DNA of 63,937 nt, filler included, from Craspedostauros australis (taxonomy: Eukaryota): the NCBI GenBank assembly GCA_030167865.1. It is 5 parts of 5 records of this genome, joined end to end, with 100 filler letters (N's around TTAATTAATTAA, not from the genome) between each part and the next. Parts side by side here need not be neighbours in the genome. Positions count along the whole stretch, not along the records: positions 1 to 27,754 come from JALAGF010005642.1; positions 27,855 to 45,694 come from JALAGF010005645.1; 3 more parts are not named here. One strand, 5' to 3'. The notes below the pieces were generated by a model. It was not told the origin of the DNA and made no database searches. It saw only the letters and a program-made list of their open reading frames with translations. The position numbers were made by a program, and so were the translations under genes. Below are positions 26,569-35,453 of this stretch, one piece after another (position 1 is the first letter of the stretch; every line of letters starts with the position of its first letter).

Positions 26569-27393
26569 ATGCCAATGAAGCAATTCCACAGAATGCTCGT
26601 ACTGATGAGGACGACAAGGCGGGCGCCTCTTGCTTCCAGTTTACATTCTCACACACACGCTTCGCTGAGATCGATTTATGAGCACCAGCACGTGGCGACC
26701 ACCAGCATCTCGAAGATTCGGGCGCACATCGCATGCCAGCGATGGTGCTCCTCATCCAGAGGCAGTAGCAGCAGCAATTCGCATCGATCGCTGCCTGGCG
26801 TGCACGCAACGAACCCATTCCAAGTTCTGGGCGTGCCCGCGACGTCATCGTACGCGGCCGTCAAGAGACGCTTCATCGAGCTCGCCTTGAAGCACCATCC
26901 CGATGCGCAACGCGGCAACGCCGCAGACACAAAAAGCAGCTCTCCATCCAACGCGGATACGTTCATCGAGCTGCGCCAAGCATTCGAGGTGATCCAAGAA
27001 ACGCAGGATGGAGGCAGCCGCGTGATGCAACCAGGCGACGACGCGCACAGCATGTCCGACGATGAATTCCAGGCGTGGTTCTACGAAGAGACGGGGCACG
27101 CGGATGTCCTGTTTCGCATGAATCTGACAACGCGCAAGGAGATGGCGCAGGTTGCCGCGGAGCAGTCTCAGGGCGGCCTCGACAAAGGCGGGATGTGGGA
27201 ATTGGCACGTCAGATGCAGAGGGAACAGGAGCATTTGCAACAGCACAAGGGATCCATCCTACGCAAGCATGGGAAGTACGAGGGTGGCGATGGCAAATCT
27301 AACTCGTCGAATTCTTTGAATGTTGGTGTTGGAGATGGTGCGAATGGAAGTGGAGATGATGGACACCGAAGGCGTCGACGGCGGCGGAGGTGA
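26569..27393 (+). CDS. DnaJ-domain protein, possibly mitochondrial
   Basis: J-domain 'NPFQVLGV...VKRRFIELALKHHPD...FIELRQAFE' after an Arg/Ser-rich N-terminal extension. Confidence 0.88.
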   Translation: MPMKQFHRMLVLMRTTRRAPLASSLHSHTHASLRSIYEHQHVATTSISKIRAHIACQRWCSSSRGSSSSNSHRSLPGVHATNPFQVLGVPATSSYAAVKRRFIELALKHHPDAQRGNAADTKSSSPSNADTFIELRQAFEVIQETQDGGSRVMQPGDDAHSMSDDEFQAWFYEETGHADVLFRMNLTTRKEMAQVAAEQSQGGLDKGGMWELARQMQREQEHLQQHKGSILRKHGKYEGGDGKSNSSNSLNVGVGDGANGSGDDGHRRRRRRRR

Positions 27394-27597
27394 ACGCACA
27401 GAAAGTATCTAGTATGGTTAAAATAGGGCTTTGCAGCTTGATGCGAGGGATGTTGCAATGGCTAGGACAGGAATCGCCATGAATTGTATTACTCTCTCTC
27501 TCTCTAGACAAGTGAAGACGTCTAACGTTTCAGAACTATTTTTCAACGACGTGACTCAATTTGAACTGATCGGACGAATTTCGATAGACTTTTCAAG

Positions 27598-27754
27598 GAG
27601 GAAATTCATTAACCAGCCCTTTTGAAGTGCCGATTTGCATCAACCAGCCTGTTTTTTCAATACTTAGTGGCCAAAACGTCCAAATGTCGATGCGACGTCC
27701 TATCGACAAAGAGGTTTCGCATCGACTTCCAAGGTTAGCGCATAAATGTAGACT
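27598..27754. mobile_element. Terminus of another copy of the foldback element, running into a gap
   Basis: GAGGAAATTCATTAACCAGCCCTTTTGAAGTGCCGATTTGCATCAACCAGCCTG at 27598, followed by arm sequence homologous to 41950 onward. Confidence 0.9.
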
Positions 27755-27798
27755 NNNNNNNNNNNNNNNNNNNNNNNNNNNNNNNNNNNNNNNNNNNN

Positions 27799-27810
27799 TT
27801 AATTAATTAA
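27799..27810. other. Artificial scaffold linker TTAATTAATTAA between N runs (also 45739-45750, 60602-60613, 62337-62348)
   Basis: An identical 12-mer with stops in all six frames, flanked by N blocks four times. Confidence 0.95.
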
Positions 27811-27854
27811 NNNNNNNNNNNNNNNNNNNNNNNNNNNNNNNNNNNNNNNNNNNN

Positions 27855-28687
27855 TTGGTAAGGTAGTTGCGGATCTCATCGCTGTTGGTCAACATGTTGG
27901 CTGTCGTATGGTTGTTGAATGCAAAAAGGAGAGGAAAAGCGGCAAGTTGTTGGATTGTGACAGAAATCGTCGCTGGGACAGAGCGTGTTTCGTCGTGTGA
28001 GTCTTCGGAGTGTGTGTGTCGATGTTTTCGACCCACGTTGAGAAGCACGGATGTGGCAACAAGGCACACAATCTTTCACTCATTAGGAGCGCGTGTCTCA
28101 GTAGGGGTTCCGCGTGGCCTGCGGTTGGTGCGTCCACCTGTCTTGCCATCCGCACCACGCCAAAGCGAACGGTGGGAGTACATCCCTCTGGCACCGGCCA
28201 AATGCACCAGAACATCATTGTCAAAGGGGATGCAACACGATTCCAAGCTGTGCCGGCTCACGGCGGTCCACCCTCGGAGCGGGGTCCCAGTATTATCATC
28301 GCCTCTTCAGGCGGTCCCCGCGTGCTTGCGCATGGCCCGCGTGAGCGGATGCGTAATGATAAACCAAGTTAACACACACATGCATTGTCATTGAGGGTTG
28401 GAAACCCAAAGGATTCAGATTATAAGGATTATAGGGTCGTGTAGGATTGTCAGAGAGTACACTGTTCTCCTGTTGTTGGGCGATGCCCGTGTTCGCACGT
28501 TAACCCCGTTTTAACCGTTTCACACGTATCCCTGTTTGCTCCCTCTCGTTTCTTCCTTTCTCCACGCCCACCCGTCTGTACGTCTCCGCGCAATCGAATC
28601 GGTCCGTTCTATCACTGAATCATGTTCGGGATTCGTTGGTTATGAATCTGTGTATCCCGATTGACCACTTCGAGCAACGTGTCAACA
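27855..28687 (-). mobile_element. Candidate 5' end of an LTR retrotransposon (LTR about 28687-28392, leader, ORF start at 27895)
   Basis: Minus strand reads TGTTGAC...CCCTCA (TG...CA, about 296 bp), then a ~500-bp leader and 'MLTNSDEIRNYLT' running into the contig gap. No second LTR or pol is visible. Confidence 0.3.
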
Positions 28688-29054
28688 TTTATTGTCATCG
28701 CATGTCGGCGTGACATTCAAAACGACATTGAGCGTAAGTTGGCGAATGCTTGCACATGAAAACCAAATCGCCAATTCCGCAAGTCGCCACATTTTCCGGT
28801 TTCGTCACATGCCCTGTCGAAGCCATCGGCACCAACATCGTTCGCCTTTGTTCGTTGTTCATTTGTTCCTGTCACTGCGGTTCCACTGTCTTCACTAGTA
28901 CGCATCATAGTCTTGCGAAAACAAAGCTTCCAAGACACCATTCCCCATCGACATCTCCGTCAACAAGGCCCAGGCAACAAACAGGGATCGGCACATTGCG
29001 CTGCACCTCACACCAAGACAATACGAGGACAGCACCCGTTTGCGATCACTCACC

Positions 29055-30437
29055 ATGGTGGACTCTATCGACACCTCCACCGTATACCCGTCGGATCAGG
29101 CCTTCGTCGACCTATACCTGGAACCCTCGCAGCTTGATTTCAACAAGTTCGTCATCCACAACAGCCGGGAGGAATTCTCCAGCTCGACGTCCAACATCCG
29201 CAGGAACCTCTTCCACCACGAAGCCACGTACGATGAGCAGCTCATCTGGAAGATGGAGTTCTACAGCGAGGGCGTGGCGGGTAACGCCGCCACATCCACC
29301 TGCAGGGTGGTGGATGATCAGGTCCAATTCACGATCGAGACCAAGGGTCCCCGCCGTTGGTTCGGACGCAGGAAGAAGTCTCACAAGACTTACGTCTACG
29401 CCATCGAGGAGATCTTGCGCAACTCTGCCACGCTCTACCAGCAGGAAGGGAAGTTGGATGAGGCCTCGTTCTCCACTGCTACCCAATCCAACAAACGAAA
29501 GCCAACGGAGGATTCCGATGATACCAGCGACACTGACACGGCAGAAGAACACGATGACATTCAATCCACTAGCCAACAATCGCGGGGATCGAGGATCTCA
29601 GCCAGAAGCGCCGCGCTTGTTCGCAACGTCGGCAGCAGCATCAGCAGCAGATGCGAGAGCGGCCTTGTCAACGACCACAGCAGCACGACGAGCATGAGAA
29701 GCATGAAGAGCTTCACAAGTACAAATAGCATCAAAGGCGGTCAAAGCGTCAGAAGCAATCAAAGCGTCAGAAGCAACCGAAGCGCGGGAAGCAACCGAAG
29801 CGTCAAGAGCAGCGCACGCAGCATCAACAGCAGTCAGAGCATCAAAAGCAAAAGCCCCACGACGAGCAACGCAGACATCCAGACAATTGATACCCCGGAC
29901 AAGTTCGAGGCCATCGAAGATTCTCAGAGCGTCGAGATATCGATCACGTCTCATCATGGCACTATCGTTCTCAATCCATCCGCGCAGAGCGCCGCTAGCC
30001 TTGCGTCCAAAACATCCAGACACTCCGGAACCTCCGTCTCGTCCAGAATCTCGACATCATCAAACAAGTCAAAACGATCTGCATCATCGTCACCGCCACA
30101 GGACGATACAGTGCAGTTGAAACTGACAGGATCCTCCACGGCCTCGCGACCACAGGAAGCAACCATTCACGAGGCAACCTCTCTCACGTCCCAGCTGTCC
30201 GACAACAGCGACAAGGCATCGCAAAAGAGCGCTGAACGCATCAAAACAAATACTTCCGCGACTGCCACGCCCGTGGCAGAGAATGCGAGCGAGGAGTCCG
30301 ACCTCCCCGGCCTCAACTCCATCATCTCGCAGCCACATGAACAGCGGACCTTTTCGAGCGGCCTGGACAAGATCCCAGCCAAGGAACACATGAACTGTTT
30401 GGCGGATGACCTCACCATCATAGAGTCCAAGCATTAG
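29055..30437 (+). CDS. Hypothetical protein with a globular N-terminus and a Ser-rich disordered C-terminus
   Basis: Open frame of 460 codons with gene-like C/G-ending codons. Short repeats 'SVRSN(Q/R)'. Confidence 0.75.
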   Translation: MVDSIDTSTVYPSDQAFVDLYLEPSQLDFNKFVIHNSREEFSSSTSNIRRNLFHHEATYDEQLIWKMEFYSEGVAGNAATSTCRVVDDQVQFTIETKGPRRWFGRRKKSHKTYVYAIEEILRNSATLYQQEGKLDEASFSTATQSNKRKPTEDSDDTSDTDTAEEHDDIQSTSQQSRGSRISARSAALVRNVGSSISSRCESGLVNDHSSTTSMRSMKSFTSTNSIKGGQSVRSNQSVRSNRSAGSNRSVKSSARSINSSQSIKSKSPTTSNADIQTIDTPDKFEAIEDSQSVEISITSHHGTIVLNPSAQSAASLASKTSRHSGTSVSSRISTSSNKSKRSASSSPPQDDTVQLKLTGSSTASRPQEATIHEATSLTSQLSDNSDKASQKSAERIKTNTSATATPVAENASEESDLPGLNSIISQPHEQRTFSSGLDKIPAKEHMNCLADDLTIIESKH

Positions 30438-30757
30438 GCAACTTCCCAGATCCCGACGCAAGCCCCGCTCCTGATCTGCTCCTCTGTTGATTGCCACTGA
30501 TTGCGAGCCACTTGCTATATGTTCTTCAAGATGTTCTCTGCAGCGATGTACCATTCACTTCGATATTTCATGAACAAGCTGCAAACCACAATAATAACTG
30601 GTGTGCATATAATACTGTATAGTACACCGTGTGATGCTATGAAACTGTGCCATGCGCACCGTGTTTATATTCTACCGCAGCGTACCTACATACTATAATG
30701 GCACTCTGACATCGAATGCTCTACATACATCTCCGACATTCACTTGACATTCACACA

Positions 30758-33700
30758 TCACATGCCATCGCTCATGTTTGCGCTTGGTTGCAAACCTCGT
30801 CCGCGATTGTAATCCTGTTGTACTTGGACCAAATCACCCAAATCCCAATTGTCGACGAGGAGCAGATTCACCGTGGTGTCGTTCTGGGTGAAGGAGCACT
30901 GTTCGAGCCGCAGGTTTGCTTTGTCGGCAGCGTTCAGCACCGCCGAATCATTCCTCCTTGGGTTCCTGACGTAGTGCGAAACTGCATAGAATGGCACTGC
31001 GTTCGACCCCGTGACAGTCCCACCGATCGACACTGCACAGGAGGTGCCCGAGTTGTCAAATGCAGTTTCCGCAGACTCAAACGCTGAATCTGCGAATCCA
31101 GCGAATTCGGGCCAGTGATGCAGTCCCAATGGACATCCGTTGTCGCACGATTCTCCACCGTAGTGAAACATCATGACACGTTTGTTGTCATCAATCGCCT
31201 CCCTCATTGTTGGCCATCCTGTTTCGCCATCATGGACGTACAGACGGCTTCCGAAGTCGCTGCCACTGCCACTGTCACCGTCTATCGCGGCGACCATATC
31301 CTCCAACCTGATGTCTTCGCCAGCATTCGGATGCAACTCCAGCAGGACGATCATCACTTCTCGCGAGTTGCCATCCAGGAATGTACCGATATTCTCGAAC
31401 ACTTCCTCCACATCTCGCGTTCCCAGGCGACAGTTGCCATCGCACAGGACGTAGTTGCCATCGCAGTTGCACATGCCGAGATGCAATCCTCGAAAGCCGG
31501 AATTGAGTGCTTCTTCGAGTCTGATCTCATGTTCAGGGAATATCAGGAAGTCTTCATCCTTGGATGCCATGGCATTGTGGAGCGTGACGTAGAGTACATC
31601 GTTGACCGCGAGATCGCAGATGTTGGGAAGGCCGTTGGCGCAGCATTCTGTTTCTGGTGTGCATTGGTTGAATTGGTATGGCGCGATGGAAGGCTGTGCG
31701 GATGGGCGCGGTGTCGGTTGGGCGGACGGAACCGAAGATGGTGGCATCGATGGGACAACCGGCACTGTTGGATTTGATGTTGGCCCGGGTGTTGGTTCCG
31801 CTGTCATGCCGGATGACGATCCCAGCTTGAGATTGTGCTCCTGTTGAAACTCAATCAGATCGCCGACGTGCCAAAAGTCAATCAACATGAGGTTGACATC
31901 CAGCCCGTTCTCTGTTTCGGAGCATTGATCCGCGTGCACATTCAGGACTTCCAACGAATTCAAACCTTGCGCACTGTTAATGTTGGGTTGCGTGAGATGA
32001 TGTGTGACGCCAAAGAAGGAACGGCTCTGTGGATACGTGGAGATGTCGCCCCCCAATTGGATTTCGCACGAGAAGTTTGGATTGGCGAGGATCTGTCCCG
32101 TGCTTGAGAATCGATCCCTCGTATTGGCGGAGAATTCTGGCCAGAAGTGCAACCCCGATGGACATCCATCGTCACATGAGTCTCCACCGTAGTGAAACAT
32201 CATGACACGCTTGTTGTCATCAATCGCCTCCCTCATTGTTGGCCATCCTGTTTCGCCACCAGCGACGTCACGGGCATATAGGCGACTTCCAAAGCCACTG
32301 TCACCGTCTATCGCGGCGAGCATATCCTCCAACCTGATGTCTTCGCCAGCATTCGGATGCAACTCCAGCAGGACGATCATCACTTCTCGCGAGTTGCCAT
32401 CCAGGAATGTACCGATATTCTCGAACACTTCCTCCACATCTCGCGTGCCCTGACGACAATCTCCATTGCACAAGACATACGTTCCATCGCAGTTGCACAT
32501 GCCGAGATGCAATCCTCGAAAACCGGAATCGAGTGCTTCTTCGAGTCTGATCTCATGTTCAGGGAATATCAAGAAGTCTTCATCCTTGGATGCCATTGCA
32601 TTGTGGAGTGTGACGTAGAGTACATCGTTGACGGCGCGATCGCAGATGTTGGGCACACCGTTGGCGCAGCATTCGGTGTCTGGTGTGCATTGGTTGAATT
32701 GATACGGTCCAGCGGAAGGCTGTGCGGATGGCAGCGACGATGGTTGCGCGGACGGCAGGAGGGATACTGTCGGTTGCACGGATGGCATCGCTGTTTCATT
32801 CTGCATGGTCGGCCGCATCGACGGACAGCAGTCCAGCTTGGAAGAGTTGGCGCTGTTGTCGGTGGGATCGCCGCCGCCGCCGCAACTGCATGCTTCCGTG
32901 GGAGCCTGGGTTGTGACGTTGACTGCAACGGAGAAGACACTTAACGGTGAATCCTCATTGACCTGCGGCGATTTGAGGATGCTGGTGAAGGTTCCGTCGT
33001 CCACGCTGATGTGAAGGTCGTCTGTGAAGGATTGGATGATGGCCTGGCTGCTGGCAATATCCTGGCTGGTTGCAAATTTAAGCTGGATGGTCGATCGCAC
33101 AAGATCGCACGTGACATCTCTGAGGAAGATGTTTTGAGGACACTCCGTTGAATCGAGGATGGTCAACTGCGTTGGTAGCTGCACTGCAGATCTGTCATCC
33201 AATCGTCTTTCAGTCTCGCGCGCATGGTGGCTCTTCATTCCATCGGCATGAGCTGCACTGTCGATACCAGCACCATCACTGTTGCGGATCTTGAATCTGC
33301 GACCTTTGATAACGCTGTTCCGCGCAGGATGTCGCAGAGATCTCGATGAGGTGGCCACAGCTGTGCGAATGCTGCGAGTATTGGCAGAAACGTTGGTTTC
33401 CTCCTCTGATGTTGCGCTCGGCGCAGTCGGAACGCCCCTGTCTTCGTTCGTATCGGAGTCAGAACCGCGCCGGACACTGTTGGAGGGACGGGAGTCATCA
33501 CCTTGCCTTACGAGTACACCCGCCATCTCCTGATATCCCATGACGCGATCTTCCAGAGTGCGTGAATGCGGTTCAATGAGCTTTTGCCGTCGCTTCCATC
33601 GGCGGTGCGTGGAAGCATCGTGATTCGGAAGCCTGACATGCTGCAGCAGCCGCGATGTTACCGCGTCCACGTTGTTCCAGACTTGGGTTGCGAGAATGTC

Positions 33701-34549
33701 CATGGTGGCGATGAGATCTTCGCGAAGGGTGCTGTTGTCCTGCTGCGCACCGGTATTTATCGGTTGGATGATGCCAAACTCAACATCGATCAGGACCGAT
33801 GTTGGGTTGGATTGATCCGCGGAGGGGGTGGATGATGGCGGTTCTGTCGTTTGCTGTTGGCCCTGCGGGGCAATAGTCGAATTTGGTTGCGATGAAGGCT
33901 CCATCGTCACATTGGATGCCGGCGATGGCATTTGGGCGATCGGCACAGGCGCAGGTCGCGGTGGGCTACCCCGGGAGGAGGATTCAGAACCTTCGGCAGT
34001 CAAGAGCACGCTGAGGATGATTCCAACGATGAAGAGACACAGGCATGCCCCTGCGAGGAGGAAGAACCTTTGACCTGAATTCATGTTCTGCAGAAACGCA
34101 GGCTTCCGAGACTCATTCCCACTCTGAGTGCCAACATCATCGGCGTTGCTGTCGCCACCTTCGTCATCACCCTTATCATCACCCTTGTCCTTGCCGAACC
34201 ACTTCTTTTGCAGCTTGGAGAACATTGATGGTTTTGCTTCGGTGTCAGCCGCCGCTGCGTTGGACGCAACAAGCGCCTCACCCTCGGCCTGCTCCGCTCG
34301 CTCCGTATCTTCGGCCAGCTCTATGTTGCTGTTGGCCGGATCGAAGCCATCGGCATTCTCGGAACCATCCACCAGGGCATCGTCTTCGTCGGGTTCGTCA
34401 TCGAAGCTCTCCTCTTTGATCGCATCGATCGCATCGATCGCTCCACTTGCATCGCTTGCGCCACCCTCGTCTTCCTCCGACAGCTTCTCTTCGTTGTTGG
34501 CTGCCGCGCCGATGCTGGGGCTTGCACCGTAACCTCGATACTCGTACAT
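30758..34549 (-). CDS. Single-pass membrane protein with two tandem PI-PLC-like (PLC X-domain) phosphodiesterase domains
   Basis: Acidic N-terminus and TM 'FFLLAGACLCLFIVGIILSVLL' with PS/PT linkers. Two copies of 'CANG.PNICD.AVNDVLYVTLHNAM...GFRGLHL...FLDGNSREVMIV...WPTMREAIDDNKRVMMF...VNL.L.D.W..GDL'. Confidence 0.88.
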   Translation of the reverse strand: MYEYRGYGASPSIGAAANNEEKLSEEDEGGASDASGAIDAIDAIKEESFDDEPDEDDALVDGSENADGFDPANSNIELAEDTERAEQAEGEALVASNAAAADTEAKPSMFSKLQKKWFGKDKGDDKGDDEGGDSNADDVGTQSGNESRKPAFLQNMNSGQRFFLLAGACLCLFIVGIILSVLLTAEGSESSSRGSPPRPAPVPIAQMPSPASNVTMEPSSQPNSTIAPQGQQQTTEPPSSTPSADQSNPTSVLIDVEFGIIQPINTGAQQDNSTLREDLIATMDILATQVWNNVDAVTSRLLQHVRLPNHDASTHRRWKRRQKLIEPHSRTLEDRVMGYQEMAGVLVRQGDDSRPSNSVRRGSDSDTNEDRGVPTAPSATSEEETNVSANTRSIRTAVATSSRSLRHPARNSVIKGRRFKIRNSDGAGIDSAAHADGMKSHHARETERRLDDRSAVQLPTQLTILDSTECPQNIFLRDVTCDLVRSTIQLKFATSQDIASSQAIIQSFTDDLHISVDDGTFTSILKSPQVNEDSPLSVFSVAVNVTTQAPTEACSCGGGGDPTDNSANSSKLDCCPSMRPTMQNETAMPSVQPTVSLLPSAQPSSLPSAQPSAGPYQFNQCTPDTECCANGVPNICDRAVNDVLYVTLHNAMASKDEDFLIFPEHEIRLEEALDSGFRGLHLGMCNCDGTYVLCNGDCRQGTRDVEEVFENIGTFLDGNSREVMIVLLELHPNAGEDIRLEDMLAAIDGDSGFGSRLYARDVAGGETGWPTMREAIDDNKRVMMFHYGGDSCDDGCPSGLHFWPEFSANTRDRFSSTGQILANPNFSCEIQLGGDISTYPQSRSFFGVTHHLTQPNINSAQGLNSLEVLNVHADQCSETENGLDVNLMLIDFWHVGDLIEFQQEHNLKLGSSSGMTAEPTPGPTSNPTVPVVPSMPPSSVPSAQPTPRPSAQPSIAPYQFNQCTPETECCANGLPNICDLAVNDVLYVTLHNAMASKDEDFLIFPEHEIRLEEALNSGFRGLHLGMCNCDGNYVLCDGNCRLGTRDVEEVFENIGTFLDGNSREVMIVLLELHPNAGEDIRLEDMVAAIDGDSGSGSDFGSRLYVHDGETGWPTMREAIDDNKRVMMFHYGGESCDNGCPLGLHHWPEFAGFADSAFESAETAFDNSGTSCAVSIGGTVTGSNAVPFYAVSHYVRNPRRNDSAVLNAADKANLRLEQCSFTQNDTTVNLLLVDNWDLGDLVQVQQDYNRGRGLQPSANMSDGM
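31152..32731. repeat. Intragenic direct duplication: 31152-31705 vs 32181-32731
   Basis: Long near-identical DNA stretches offset by about 1.03 kb, encoding the N-terminal two-thirds of each PLC-like domain. Confidence 0.92.
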
Positions 34550-35453
34550 CTTGGCTGTCCCCTTGTGCAGACGATTAGTGTCGACGCTTTCAAGTGTGTT
34601 GCGATAGCGGAAGTGGAGCCCAAGTACGAGCTGTGGCGGATGGTGGAGTACGACTACCGCCGATGTGCACAATGGCAGCACCAGCAAAGTATTGCCAATG
34701 GCAACAACGTCGCTTCGTGGCTCTGTTCACGCGAGACCGCGACCTGCACACAAGAAAGGAGGATCACTCGACAGCCAACGGTCTTTTCACAAACGCCAAA
34801 AACTCAAGGACGAGGGCGAATCAACAACGCAAAAAACTTTTTGTTGATCGTGTTGTGCTTCACACGACACGAAAACATGACGAAAAGGTACAATGTCAAA
34901 GTGGGAAGCTGTCCGAATATCATGACGAATTGTCACGAAAGAATGACTTCATGTGGTAGTTGCGGTGAATTAAAAAAAAACATGTACTCACCTGTGACGT
35001 CTTGGCCGCATCGTGACTGGCGGAACACGAAACAAGCTAACACATTCAGAATATATCACTACTATACAGGCGCACACCTTCCTGCACTTCGACACCAGTC
35101 CTTGTTGGGGCGCTCCTCTCTCTACAATCAATGTGGAAAGAGAGAGAGAGAGAGAGCTCCATTCACACGATGTTTGGATGGAGGAGGATGGTGAATGTCA
35201 GGGTTGCGGAGTGCCGTTTCTTGGCCCTGTAGTCGTACACATTCATTTCGGCGCAATCGCCACTCTCGAGAACGAACAGAAACCTATTTCCGCGTCGGTG
35301 CACCGGTATGGCAGGGTAACATGCCACAATGCTGAGCTTGTATGATACGCTTACAACCACGAGCATGTTTCATACTGCTGTTACATGTTGCACAGCACGT
35401 AATCGTACCTACGCACGACTGCGGTGAGGAACACTGAATAAAACCCCGATAAA

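Noticed and set aside
27799..27810. Recurrent palindrome TTAATTAATTAA as a biological site
   Set aside because: Always embedded in N blocks, so it is a synthetic linker. Adjacency across it is not evidence of genomic linkage.
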